Assembly: GCF_006345805.1 (NCBI RefSeq)
Contig: NW_021832554.1
Span: 1 to 57,579, forward strand
Reading direction: 5' to 3'
Source: Octopus sinensis
Taxonomy: Eukaryota
Length of the DNA: 57,579 nucleotides
The first letter of the stretch is position 1, and every line of letters begins with the position of its first letter. Position numbers and translations under genes: made by a program. Below the pieces are notes generated by a model. The model was not told where the DNA came from, did no database searches, and saw only the letters and a list, made by a program, of their open reading frames with translations. Shown piece by piece: positions 36,370-49,774 of this stretch.

Positions 36370-37335
36370 CACACACACACACATGCATATACACACACAT
36401 GTACACACACTCACACATATACATATGCCTACATACACACATGTATATACACATACACACACCCATGTGTATGTACATATATGCATATACACATACAGAG
36501 TTTCATTCATATATATACTCACGTATATATATATACATACAAACACACATACATACACACATATACACATACACATATATACACATATGTATATACGCCC
36601 ACATATGCGCATGCATACATGCACATGTGCACACACACATATGCTTACACATACATAAACACATTTATGTTCATATACACACATGCACACACATAACACT
36701 CATACACACATATATATATATTGCACACACACACATACTTAAACATATACACACATTCATATGAATACACATATACATAGACACATACACACACAAATAC
36801 TCACACACACATGCTTAAACATATACACATATCCATATGACTACGTATATACGTAGACACATAAACACACATGCTTAAACGTATGCTCACATTTATATGC
36901 ATACACACATACATGCTTAAACATATACACACATACATACACACATACACACACATGCTTAAACATATACACACATACATAGACACATACACACACATGC
37001 TTAAACATATACACACACTTATATGCATACACACATACACACACACACATGCTTAAACATATACAACCATTTATATGCATACACACATACATAGACACAT
37101 ACACACACACACATGCTTAAACATACACACATACATAGACACATACACACACACACACATGCTTAAACATACACACACATACATAGACACATACACACAC
37201 ATATGCTTAAACATATACACAGATTCATATGCACACACATATACACGCAAGCACACACATCCACAAACACACTCACACACACACACATATATGTATGCAC
37301 ATATGCGCACATGTAGACACTCACACACACACAAT
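36370..37335. repeat. (CA/CATA)n region with recurring CATGCTTAAACATA units
   Basis: Direct inspection. Confidence 0.9.
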
Positions 37336-37439
37336 TCTATCAAACGGGTTGAAACAGATTTAAACCTTAGAACAAAGAATTTAAATAATGGACAAACAGA
37401 CAGAACCAAGAAACATGTCCAGATTTGCTTCTCGCTTTA

Positions 37440-37637
37440 CTCTCTTTTACTTGTTTCAGTCATTTGACTGCGGCCATGCTGGAGCACCGCCTTTAGTCGA
37501 GCAAATCGACCCCGGGACTTATTCTTTTTTGTAAGCCCAGTACTTATTCTATCGGTCTCTTTTGCCGAACCGCTAAGTGACGGGGACGTAAACACACCAG
37601 CATCGGTTGTCAAGCAATGCTAGGGGGACAAACACAG

Positions 37638-37684
<47 letters not shown>

Positions 37685-38062
37685 TTCGACGGGCTTCTTT
37701 TCAGTTTCCGTCTACCAAATCCACTCACAAGGCATTGGTCGGCCCGGGGCTATAGCAGTAGACACTTGCCCAAGGTGCCACGCAGTGGGACTGAACCCAG
37801 AACCATGTGGTTGGTAAACAAGCTACTTACCACACAGCCACTCCTGTGCCTCTATATATATATACATATATACGACAGGCTTCTTTTCAGTTTCCGTCTA
37901 CCAAATCCACTCACAAGGCATTGGTCGGCCCGGGGCTAGAGCAGAAGACACTTGCCCAAGGTGCCACGCAGTGGGGCTGAACCCAGAACCATGTGGTTGG
38001 TAAACAAGCTACCTACCACACAGCCACTCCTTTTGTTGGAATAATTCAACACATGTATGCAT

Positions 38063-38095
<33 letters not shown>

Positions 38096-39075
38096 GAGAG
38101 AGAGGCAGGCATAGCGGTGTGGTAAGAAGCTTGCTAACCAACCACATGGTTCCAGGTTCAGTCCCACTGCATGGCACCTTGGGCAAGTGTCTTCTGCTAT
38201 AGCCTCGGGCCGACCAAAGCCTTGTGAGTGGATTTGGTAGACGGAAACTGAAAGAAGCCTGTCATATCGTGTGTATATATACATATATACATACATAAGT
38301 ACGCACACACATATATATATTGCCAACCACATGGTTCTGGGTTCAGTCCCACTACATGGCACCTTGGGTAAGTATCTTCTATTATCGCCTCAGGCCAACC
38401 GATGCCTTGTAAGTGGATTTGGTAGAAACCAAAAAAAGAGTGTCTTGTATATATATATATATGTATATATATGTGTATGTGTTTTGTGTCTGTTTGTTCC
38501 CCCACCATCACTTAACAACCACTGTTGGTGTGTTTACGTCTCTGTAACCTAGCGGTTCAGCAAAAGAGGCCGATAGAATAAGTACTAGCCTTACAAAGAA
38601 TAAGCGCTGGGATCGGTTTGTGCGACTAAAGGTGGTGCTCCAGCATGGCCACAATCAAATGAATGAAACAAGTAAAAGAATAAAAAAATATAGAGGCTGT
38701 GTGGTAAGTAGCTTGCTTACCAACCACATGGTTCTGGGTTCATTCCCACTGCGTGGCACCTTGGGCAAGTGTCTTCTACTATAGCATCGGGCCGACCAAA
38801 GCTTTGTGAGTGGATTTGGTAGATGGAAACTGAAAGAAGCCTGTCGTATATATTTGTGTGTGTTTGTTTGTGTCTATGCTTGTCCCCACCATCGTGGTAT
38901 GACAACCGGTGTTGGTTTGTTCATGTCCCTGTGACTTAGCAGTTCGACAATAGAACCGATAGAATAATTACTACGCTTAAAAAAATAAACCCTAGGGTCG
39001 ATTTGTTCGATTAAGACCCTTGAAGGCGGTGCCCCAGCATAGCCGCTGTCAAATGACAGAAACAAGTAAAAGAAT
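37440..39075. mobile_element. Cluster of SINE family B copies in both orientations
   Basis: Minus copy ~37440-37990 with duplicated mid-segment; plus-strand heads and tails at ~37990-39075. Confidence 0.8.
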
Positions 39076-39076
39076 A

Positions 39077-39108
<32 letters not shown>

Positions 39109-39144
39109 TAGACAGACAGACGACAGATAGGTAGACAGACAGAC

Positions 39145-39199
<55 letters not shown>

Positions 39200-39200
39200 G

Positions 39201-39247
<47 letters not shown>

Positions 39248-39516
39248 CAGACAGAGAGATAGATAGATAGATAGATGGATAGATAGAGAGAGAGTGATAG
39301 ATAGATAGACAGACACATAGATAGATAGATAGACAGACAGACAGATAGATAGACAGACAGATAGACAGACAGACAGATAGATAGACAGATAGATAGAGAG
39401 AGAGAGAGAGAGAGAGGACTAGATAGACAGACAGACAGACAGACAAATAGATAGATAGATAGACAGACAGACAGATAGATAGACAGACAGATAGACAGAC
39501 AGACAGATAGATAGAC

Positions 39517-39550
<34 letters not shown>

Positions 39551-39555
39551 GACTA
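39075..39555. repeat. (GATA/GACA)n microsatellite
   Basis: Direct inspection. Confidence 0.95.
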
Positions 39556-40350
39556 TAAGGTCCTGCTACTTCGTTTTTTCAGAGCACCTTGGAATGAGAA
39601 GAGGAAGACAGAGTGATAAGGTGAAAGAGATGGAGGGTGGGCGAGATGAAGAACAAGGATGGTGGGGAAGACATCTGCAGTTACCTCCCTTCATAAGGAA
39701 TCGCCTTCTCTTGTTTAAGGGAGGTAAGTTTGTAAAAACATCCGCCAAATACGTGTCTTTGTCAACATGTGAGCCACGTCTATCTTGGAGTCTTACCACG
39801 TCAACACCCACCGAACTCCTCGCTTCTCTCTATACATACAGTTATATATATACGTGTTCTCTTTCTCTCTATATATATTTATTTATATGTAAGTGTATAT
39901 ACATACATATATATATATATGCATACATATCTACATAAAAATATACACACATAAATTATATATATATTTAATACTTTCTCTGTGTCTGGAAAATTTACAT
40001 ACACCCAGTAATGAAGCCGTGATTGCATACCTTCGGGATATATTATATACACTCAGGACTATCTCTTTCACCAGTGTATATAAATATATGTATATACATC
40101 GATCTATCCATCCATCCATCGATCCATTGATCTCTAAGGCTGCTGGTTTAAAGATCTAAAGAAACCCATTCATATATATATATATGTGTGTGTATGTGTT
40201 TAGCTCTTAAGAAGGGCTCCGGTCATCGTTTTGTTGTGTCCCAACGGATTTTACTTGGCGAGAGCGCTTTGATATAGGAACAACGCGCACCCGTTTATTT
40301 ATATAAATCTATATTCAATTCCTTTGGGACTAAACCACCCTCTTGCAACT

Positions 40351-41535
40351 ATGTCGAAATATAAGGACAAACTGGACGGCAAGGAGCTAGACCTGAGTAT
40401 GTGCTCGCTGAACACGATCAGCGTCCGGGATATCGCCCTGTTACCGAGGGCCACGTCTTTGAATTTATCCTACAACCGTCTCACCCAGCTACCCAGCAAC
40501 TTCTGCTCCAGTCTCACGCACCTCACCCGGCTCGATCTCAGCAACAACAGTCTCACCGAGCTACCGGACGACTTCGGTTCGATGGTCAACCTCAAGCACT
40601 TGGACCTTCTCGGCAACCAGCTGACCCTCTTGCCCCTGACGTTTGGCGAGCTGGCCAAACTGAAGTGGCTCGACGTGAAAGACAACCCTCTCAACCCAGT
40701 GCTGCGCAGCGTGGCCGGCGACTGTCTCAACGATGCCGAGTGCCGCAAGTGCGCCAGCCTGCTGGTCAGCTACATGAAGCAGTTTCGAGCCGACTTCGAG
40801 CGACTGGAAGAGGCCCGTGAAATCAGACGGGCGGAGAGAGAAGCAGCCAGGCTGGAAGTCCGACGACAGAAAGAAAAAGCAAAGAAATTACTTGAAAAAG
40901 AAAAGCGCAGGAAGGAACATGAGACGAACAGGATTCTTGAAGTTTCTGCTCAGACTGCTGCCCTTTACGAGTCCGCCAACGCTAACCCGAAAACCAACAG
41001 GGGTAACCGGAGCAACAACAGTACCCCTACAGATCCTAGGACTGCTACTACGCCCACGACACCCATCAATAGCAACAACAACAACATCAATAAGAACAAT
41101 CAGCAGAAAGCTGAACGTGTGATGTCCGTTACTTCTACGCCAAAGGCCAAAAACCACGCCGCGACGACCGTGACCACCACCACCACCACCGATAACAACA
41201 AAGCGTCACCCAAGTCACCAAAGGCTGCTAAGAAAAACAACAACAACAACAACGAAACCAACACCGGCAACAACAACAACAACAACATCAAACACACCAA
41301 CAAAACGTCGGCCGGTCCCAGAACGGGCAAGCCGAGCCCTTCCTCGTCCGGCCCCTCTTGCTGCACCTCCTCCTCCTCCTCCTCCCTCTTCACCGCTTTG
41401 GCACTGTTAGCTCTCCTGGTCGCCTTCGTGGCGCTGTTTGCGCTCCCTGTGTCACCGGACAATAAACTGTACGACGAAATCCGACGGAGGGCCTCAAACA
41501 TGATGGCCACCCTATCGGGAACTGATGAGAAATAA
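40351..41535 (+). CDS. LRRC59: Leucine-rich repeat-containing protein 59 homologue, single coding exon, 394 aa
   Basis: [13 protein letters not shown]-terminus, LRRs, [11 protein letters not shown] and [15 protein letters not shown] match LRRC59 motifs as I recall them; coiled-coil, then C-terminal TM helix ([20 protein letters not shown]); ATG at 40351 (the track's TTG start at 40324 is unlikely). Confidence 0.93.
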   Translation: MSKYKDKLDGKELDLSMCSLNTISVRDIALLPRATSLNLSYNRLTQLPSNFCSSLTHLTRLDLSNNSLTELPDDFGSMVNLKHLDLLGNQLTLLPLTFGELAKLKWLDVKDNPLNPVLRSVAGDCLNDAECRKCASLLVSYMKQFRADFERLEEAREIRRAEREAARLEVRRQKEKAKKLLEKEKRRKEHETNRILEVSAQTAALYESANANPKTNRGNRSNNSTPTDPRTATTPTTPINSNNNNINKNNQQKAERVMSVTSTPKAKNHAATTVTTTTTTDNNKASPKSPKAAKKNNNNNNETNTGNNNNNNIKHTNKTSAGPRTGKPSPSSSGPSCCTSSSSSSLFTALALLALLVAFVALFALPVSPDNKLYDEIRRRASNMMATLSGTDEK

Positions 41536-42091
41536 ACGGTCAAAGGTTCGATCCCTTGCCTACTTCTTACCTTTTATCCCTTTTCTCAAAGAGGGTATTT
41601 CCTCACATTTTTTCCTCCTTGCACGAATTAAGGGCTCAATATTATTGTTGTTGTTATTATTGATGCTGTTATTGTTGTTATTATTGTTATTATTATTATT
41701 ATTATCATTATTATTATTAAAATTCCACTGAGGTCAGTCCAACCATTAATCCTTTCAGGGTCGATAAATTAAGTACCAGTGAAACACTGGGGTCGATGTA
41801 ATCAATTAGTCCCCTCCCCACCAAATTCCAGGCCTTGTGCTTATAGTAGAAAGTATTATTATTATTATTTAAGGTGACAGGTTGGCAGAATCGTTTGCAT
41901 GTCGGGCGAAATGCTTAGCGGCATTTCGTCTGTCTTCACATTCTGAGTTCAAATTCTGCCAAGGTTGATTTTGCTTTTCAATCTTTTGAGGTCGATTAAT
42001 TAAGTACCAGTGAAACACTGGGGTCACTTGTAATCGACTAGTCTCCTCCCCCAAACTTCAGGCCTTGTGCCTATAGTAAAAAGGATTATTA

Positions 42092-45000
42092 TTAAGCCTT
42101 TCGTTACCATATTTCTGTTGAGATGCTCTGTGTTTCTTTCAATTAATTTTAAATATAACAAAGAATTTAGTAAAATAACTTAGTTATTATTAAGCTAGTG
42201 TTAGGAACATAAATTGTGACTAAGGTTTGGTGGAAGATTTTAATTCAAAACTTATGAAAACAAGACATTTGTACTACAGAACCAGAGCCGGTTTCAGCCG
42301 GGTTGGTAACGAAAGGGTTAAAAATATCATGGTGACTTTAACCCTTTTGTTACCATATTTCTGTTGAGTTGTTCTGTTTCTTTCAATTATTTTAAATATA
42401 ACAAAGAATTTAGTAAAATAACTTTGTTATCATTCAGCTAGTGTTAGGAACATAAATTGTGACTAAGGTTTGGTGGAAGATTTTAATTCAAAACTTATGA
42501 AAACAAGACATTTGTACTACAGAACCAGAGCCGGTTTCAGCCGGGTTGGTAACGAAAGGGTTAAAAATATCATGGTGACTTTAACCCTTTTGTTACCATA
42601 TTTCTGTTGAGTTGTTCTGTTTCTTTCAATTATTTTAAATATAACAAAGAATTTAGTAAAATAACTTTGTTATCATTCAGCTAGTGTTAGGAACATAAAT
42701 TGTGACTAAGGTTTGGTGGAAGATTTTATTCAAAACTTATGAAAACAAGACATTTGTACTACAGAACCAGAGCGGTTTCAGCCGGGTTGGTAACGAAAGG
42801 GTTAAAATATCATGGTGACTTTAACCCTTTTGTTACCATATTTCTGTTGATTGTTCTGTTTCTTTCATTATTTTAAATATAACAAAGAATTTAGTAAAAT
42901 AACTTTGTTATCATTCAGCTAGTGTTAGGAACATAAATTGTGACTAAGGTTTGGTGGAAGATTTTAATTCAAAACTTATGAAAACAAGACATTTGTACTA
43001 CAGAACCAGAGCCGGTTTCAGCCGGGTTGGTAACGAAAGGGTTAAAATATCATGGTGACTTGAACCCTTTTGTTACCATATTTCTGTTGAGATGCTCTGT
43101 GTTTCTTTCAATTAATTTAAATATAACAAAGAATTTAGTAAAATAACTTTTTATCATTCAGCTAGTGTTAGGAACATAAATTGTGACTAAGGTTTGGTGG
43201 AAGATTTTAATTCAAAACTTATGAAAACAAGACATTTGTACTACAGAACCAGAGCCGGTTTCAGCCGGGTTGGTAACGAAAGGGTTAAAAATATCATGGT
43301 GACTTGAACCCTTTTGTTACCATATTTCTGTTGAGATGCTCTGTGTTTCTTTCAATTAATTTTAAATATAACAAAGATTTAGTAAAATAACTTTGTTATC
43401 ATTCAGCTAGTGTTAGGAACATAAATTGTGACTAAGGTTTGGTGGAAGATTTTAATTCAAAACTTATGAAAACAAGACATTTGTACTACAGAACCAGAGC
43501 CGGTTTCAGCCGGGTTGGTAACGAAAGGGTTAAAAATATCATGGTGACTTGAACCCTTTTGTTACCATATTTCTGTTGAGATGCTCTGTGTTTCTTTCAA
43601 TTAATTTTAAATATAACAAAGAATTTAGTAAAATAACTTTGTTATCATTCAGCTAGTGTTAGGAACATAAATTGTGACTAAGGTTTGGTGGAAGATTTTA
43701 ATTCAAAACTTATGAAAACAAGACATTTGTACTACAGAACCAGAGCCGTTTCAGCCGGGTTGGTAACGAAAGGGTTAAAAATATCATGGTGACTTGAACC
43801 CTTTTGTTACCATATTTCTGTTGAGATGCTCTGTGTTTCTTTCAATTAATTTTAAATATAACAAAGAATTTAGTAAAATAACTTTGTTATCATTCAGCTA
43901 GTGTTAGGAACATAAATTGTGACTAAGGTTTGGTGGAAGATTTTAATTCAAAACTTATGAAAACAAGACATTTGTACTACAGAACCAGAGCCGGTTTCAG
44001 CCGGGTTGGTAACGAAAGGGTTAAAAATATCATGGTGACTTGAACCCTTTTGTTACCATATTTCTGTTGAGATGCTCTGTGTTTCTTTCAATTAATTTAA
44101 ATATAACAAAGAATTTAGTAAAATAACTTTGTTATCATTCAGCTAGTGTTAGGAACATAAATTGTGACTAAGGTTTGGTAGAAGATTTTAATTCAAAACT
44201 TATGAAAACAAGACATTTGTACTACAGAACCAGAGCCGGTTTCAGCCGGGTTGGTAACGAAAGGGTTAAAAATATCATGGTGACTTGAACCCTTTTGTTA
44301 CCATATTTCTGTTGAGATGCTCTGTGTTTCTTTCAATTAATTTTAAATATAACAAAGAATTTAGTAATAACTTTGTTATCATTCAGCTAGTGTTAGGAAC
44401 ATAAATTGTGACTAAGGTTTGGTAGAAGATTTTAATTCAAAACTTAGGAAAACAAGACATTTGTACTACAGAACCAGAGCCGGTTTCAGCCGGGTTGGTA
44501 ACGAAAGGGTTAAAAATATCATGGTGACTTGAACCCTTTTGTTACCATATTTCTGTTGAGATGCTCTGTGTTTCTTTCAATTAATTTTAAATATAACAAA
44601 GAATTTAGTAAAATAACTTAGTTATCATTAAGCTAGTGTTAGGAACATAAATTGTGACTAAGGTTTGATGGAAGATTTTAATTCAAAACTTATGAAAACA
44701 AGATATTTGTACTACGAGCCAGAGGTGGTTTCAGCCGGGTTGGTATCAAAAGGGTTAAAATATCATGGTGACTTGAACCCTTTTGTTACCATATTTCTGT
44801 TGAGATGCTCTGTGTTTCTTTCAATTACTTTAAATATAACAAAGAATTTAGTAAAATAACTTAGTTATCATTAAGCTAGTGTTAGGAACATAAATTGTGA
44901 CTAAGGTTTGATGGAAGATTTTAATTCAAAACTTATGAAAACAAGATATTTGTACTACAGAGCCAGAGGTGGTTTCAGCCGGGTTGGTATCAAAAGGGTT

Positions 45001-47203
45001 AAAATATCATGGTGACTTGAACCCTTTTGTTACCATATTTCTGTTGAGATGCTCTGTGTTTCTTTCAATTAATTTTAAATATAACAAAGAATTTAGTAAA
45101 ATAACTTAGTTATCATTAAGCTAGTGTTAGGAACATAAATTGTGACTAAGGTTTGATGGAAGATTTTAATTCAAAACTTATGAAAACAAGATATTTGTAC
45201 TACAGAGCCAGAGGTGGTTTCATCAGCCGGTTGGTATCAAAAGGGTTAAAATATCATGGTGACTTGAACCCTTTTGTTACCATATTTCTGTTGAGATGCT
45301 CTGTGTTTCTTTCAATTAATTTTAAATATAACAAAGAATTTAGTAAAATAACTTAGTTATCATTCAGCTAGTGTTAGGAACATAAATTGTGACTAAGGTT
45401 TGGTGGAAGATTTTAATTCAAAACTTATGAAAACAAGATATTTGTATTACAGAGCCAGAGGTGGTTTCAGCCGGGTTGGTATCAAAAGGGTTAAAATATC
45501 ATGGTGACTTTAACCCTTTTGTTACCATTTTTCTGTTGAGATGCTCTGTCTTTCTTTAAATTACTTTAAATATAACAAAGAATTTAGTAAAATAACTTAG
45601 TTATCATTCAGCTAGTGTTAGGAACATAAATTGTGACTAAGGTTGGTGGAAGATTTTAATTAAAAACTTATGAAAACAAGATATTTGTACTACAGAGCCA
45701 GGGTGGTTTCAGCCGGTTGGTATCAAAAGGGTTAAAATATCATGGTGACTTGAACCCTTTTGTTACCATATTTCTGTTGAGATGCTCTGTGTTTCTTTCA
45801 ATTAATTTTAAATATAACAAAGAATTTAGTAAAATAACTTAGTTATCATTAAGCTAGTGTTAGGAACATAAATTGTGACTAAGGTTTGATGGAAGATTTT
45901 AATTCAAAACTTATGAAAACAAGATATTTGTACTACAGAGCCAGAGGTGGTTTCAGCCGGGTTGGTATCAAAAGGGTTAAAATATCATGGTGACTTGAAC
46001 CCTTTTGTTACCATATTTCTGTTGAGATGCTCTGTGTTTCTTTCAATTAATTTTAAATATAACAAAGAATTAGTAAAATAACTTAGTTTCATTAAGCTAG
46101 TGGTAGGAACATAAATTGTGACTAAGGTTTGATGGAAGATTTTAATTCAAAACTTATGAAAACAAGATATTTGTACTACAGAGCCAGAGGTGGTTTCAGC
46201 CGGGTTGGTATCAAAAGGGTTAAAATATCATGGTGACTTGAACCCTTTTGTTACCATATTTCTGTTGAGATGCTCTGTGTTTCTTTCAATTAATTTTAAA
46301 TATAACAAAGAATTTAGTAAAATAACTTAGTTATCATTCAGCTAGTGTTAGGAACATAAATTGTGACTAAGGTTGGTGGAAGAGATTTAATTCAAAACTT
46401 ATGAAAACAAGATATTTGTATTACAGAGCCAGAGGTGGTTCAGCCCGGGTTGGTATCAAAAGGGTTAAAATATCATGGTGACTTGAACCCTTTTGTTACC
46501 ATATTTCTGTTGAGATGCTCTGTGTTCTTTCAATTAATTTTAAATATAACAAAGATTTAGTAAAATAACTTAGTTATCATTAAGCTAGTGTTAGGAACAT
46601 AAATTGTGACTAAGGTTTGGTAGAAGATTTTAATTCAAAACTTAGGAAAACAAGACATTTGTACTACAGAACCAGAGCCGGTTTCAGCCGGGTTGGTAAC
46701 GAAAGGGTTAAAAATATCATGGTGACTTGAACCCTTTTGTTACCATATTTCTGTTGAGATGCTCTGTGTTTCTTTCAATTAATTTTAAATATAACAAAGA
46801 ATTTAGTAAAATAACTTAGTTATCATTCAGCTAGTGTTAGGAACATAAATTGTGACTAAGGTTTGGTGGAAGATTTTAATTCAAAACTTATGAAAACAAG
46901 ACATTTGTATTACAGAGCCAGGGGTGGTTTCAGCCGGGTTGGTAACAAAAGGGTTAAAAATATCATGGTGACTTGAACCCTTTTGTTACCATATTTCTGT
47001 TGAGATGCTCTGTGTTTCTTTCAATTAATTTTAAATATAACAAAGAATTTAGTAAAATAACTTAGTTATCATTCAGCTAGTGTTAGGAACATAAATTGTG
47101 ACTAAGATTTGGTGGAAGATTTTAATTCAAAACTTATGAAAACAAGATATTTGTACTACAGAGCCAGGGGTGGCTTCAGCCAGGTTGGTAACAAAAGGGT
47201 TAA
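42092..47203. repeat. ~21-copy satellite of the same 246-bp piggyBac-type MITE unit, opposite orientation to 25390-26603
   Basis: Unit TTAA/TGAA-CCCTTTTGTTACCA...TGGTAACGAAAGGG-TTAA-AAATATCATGGTGACT; GGG ends at 42315 and 47197 give 20 intervals of ~245 bp. Confidence 0.93.
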
Positions 47204-48019
47204 AGGCAGTGGCTGGCAGAGTCGTTAGCAAAATGCTTAGTGGTGTTTTGTCCGTCTTTACGTTCTGAGTTCAAATTCCACTGAGGTCAACTTTACCTTT
47301 TATCCGTTCAGGGTTGATGAAATAAATACCAGTTGACCACTGGCGTCGATGTAATCAACTACCACCCACCAAAAAAAAAAAAAGAAAAAAATACATAGCC
47401 TAGCGCCTATAGCTGAAAGGATTATTATTATTATTGAGATGGCAAGCTGACAGAATTGTTGGCAGGTTGGAGAAATGCTTAGTGGCTTTCTTCTGGTGCT
47501 ATATTATGAGTTCAGACAAGTTAAGGCGATGAGCTGTCAGAATTGTAAGGCGGTGAGCTGGCAGAAACGCTAGCACGCATGGAGGCTAGTTGAGGCGGCA
47601 CTAGCAATGGCCACGTTCTGATGGTTCTTTTACATGCCACCAGCACTGGTATCACAACTACAATTTCCATTGATTTTTGATTGATTTCTATTTCACTTGC
47701 CTCAACAGGTCTTCATATATATATATAAACAAATAAGAATAGATGGATTGTGATTCACTACAGCTGTTTCAGACATGGTTTTTATTGACGAACAGAAGTG
47801 TTACATATACAGAAAAAAAAACAACCTTTCACCAGGTAAATACAGATAAGGATTAGCAGTTAGAATTCCTCAAAAAAATGTACATAGTGCCAGATGACTC
47901 TACTGATCCAAATTTGGTCAGAGTGAAAAATTAGCATCAAGTTTATAACGAGGAACTCATTAAAGGGCATCTGAACCCGCAACTTAAGTACCATATTCAT
48001 CTGAATCTAAATTTTTACT

Positions 48020-48067
<48 letters not shown>

Positions 48068-48112
48068 TTTTATCTCGTTTCAGCTCACGAGCTGTGGCCA
48101 TGCTGGGGCACC

Positions 48113-48161
<49 letters not shown>

Positions 48162-48395
48162 TCACACAACCCCAGTGCTCAACAGGTATTGGTTCAATCA
48201 ACCCCTGTGCTAAACAGGTAGTTGTTCAATTGACCCCCACAAAAAGGATGAAAGGCAAAGTTGACCTCAGTGGAATTTGAACTCAGAACATAAAGGCCGG
48301 ACTAAATTCCACTAAGCATTTTGCCCTGTATGCTAACGATTCCGCCAACTCCCCACCTTAATAATAATAATAATGATAATAATAATAATGATAAT

Positions 48396-48727
48396 AAAAC
48401 AATACCTGTTGTCATAGGTGCCCTGGGAATGATAGCAAAAGGGGCTGATTGCTACCTAACTCAGATACCAGGAAACCCCAAAATGGCAGAAATTCAAAAG
48501 ATAGTGCTCATGGGAACTGCTCATATCCTACGCAAAATACTTTCTATGTAATCTCAAGGTTTGAAACAAACACTTTTTTTTTTTTAGACATCCACTAGTA
48601 CAACACAAAAAACAACCAAATATATGACACACTAGGCATAACAACAACGTGAACTTCCAACCTGTTGTCTCTTGAGGTCTCTGGGTGAGACTTGGAGCCA
48701 ACTTGTACAAATATAAAGCAAAAGTCA
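48396..48727 (+). mobile_element. R4/Dong-clade 3' fragment inserted in (AAT)n
   Basis: KTIPVVIGALGMIAKGADCYLTQIPGNPKMAEIQKIVLMGTAHILRKILSM*; (AAT)n on both sides; near-identical to 8830-9165. Confidence 0.85.
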
Positions 48728-48735
48728 AACATATA

Positions 48736-48769
<34 letters not shown>

Positions 48770-49485
48770 ACCTTTCTACCGTAGGCACAGGGCCTGAAAT
48801 TTTGGGGAGTGGGGTGAGTCGATTACATCAACCCCATTACTCAACTGATTCTTATTTTGTCGACCACAAAAGGATAAAAAGTAAAGTTAACTTCGGTGGA
48901 ATTTGAACTCAGAACATAGCGACGGGCGAAATACTGCTAAGCATTTTGCCTACCATGCTAATGATTCTGCCAGCTTGCCACTTTACCACGGAGGAATGTT
49001 ACCCTGGTGGGAAACAAGTGAAGGCAGACGGTCTAGTGGTTAGGGTGTTGCCCTCACAATTGCAAGACCGTGGTTTCAATTCTCAGTTCAGGCAGAACAT
49101 TGTATTCTTGAACAAGACCCTTCATTTCACATTGCTCCAGTCCACTCAGTCGTAAATATATAACCCTGCTACAGTTTGGCATCATGTCCCTGGAGATGTT
49201 GGGCCCTCGGTCCCTTATATGGTGTAGCATCCAGGGAATTGGGTCTGTGCGTCCTAGGGCTTGAGGCATCTGTATCGGCAATGTCAGAAACAGGTGATGG
49301 TCACTGACAGGAAGGGCCATTGAAAATCTACCTCAAAAACACATTCTGGCTGACCGATGCAAACATGGAAAAGTGGACGTTAAAATGATGATGTTGATTG
49401 TATGTATGTGTATACACACACATTCGTGTGTATATATACATATATATATATACACACATATATATATACATATACAGATACACAC

Positions 49486-49521
<36 letters not shown>

Positions 49522-49732
49522 AATGTAGGATAAAATTTTTTCGAAAAAAAAATTTTATCAATGGCCAGCATATTAAAAAATACCTTTAAAGGTTAAATTA
49601 TAAACAACTTATAAATAAGGGCAAATGTTTGCCCTTATTTTTAAGTTGTATATATATATATATATATATATGCATACACCATCCACACATACATATGTAT
49701 ATACACACATGTATATATATATGCATATATTA

Positions 49733-49774
<42 letters not shown>

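Noticed and set aside
40401-41543. Overlapping alternative-frame and antisense ORFs at LRRC59
   Set aside because: Expected shadows of a GC-rich coding sequence with trinucleotide runs.
42092-47203. CRISPR-like appearance of regular repeats (also 56147-57579)
   Set aside because: Units are contiguous near-identical 246- or 184-bp repeats with constant spacers, in eukaryotic DNA with no cas genes.
25390-47203. Compound transposon carrying LRRC59 between the two MITE arrays
   Set aside because: The arrays are inverted, so the outer ends are the same end type. Each array has its own insertion site, and a TTAA match is uninformative.
47750-47925. GAAACAGCTGTA on the minus strand suggesting another hammerhead
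   Set aside because: The upstream core reads CTGACCA and helix II cannot be formed; at most a decayed Penelope end.
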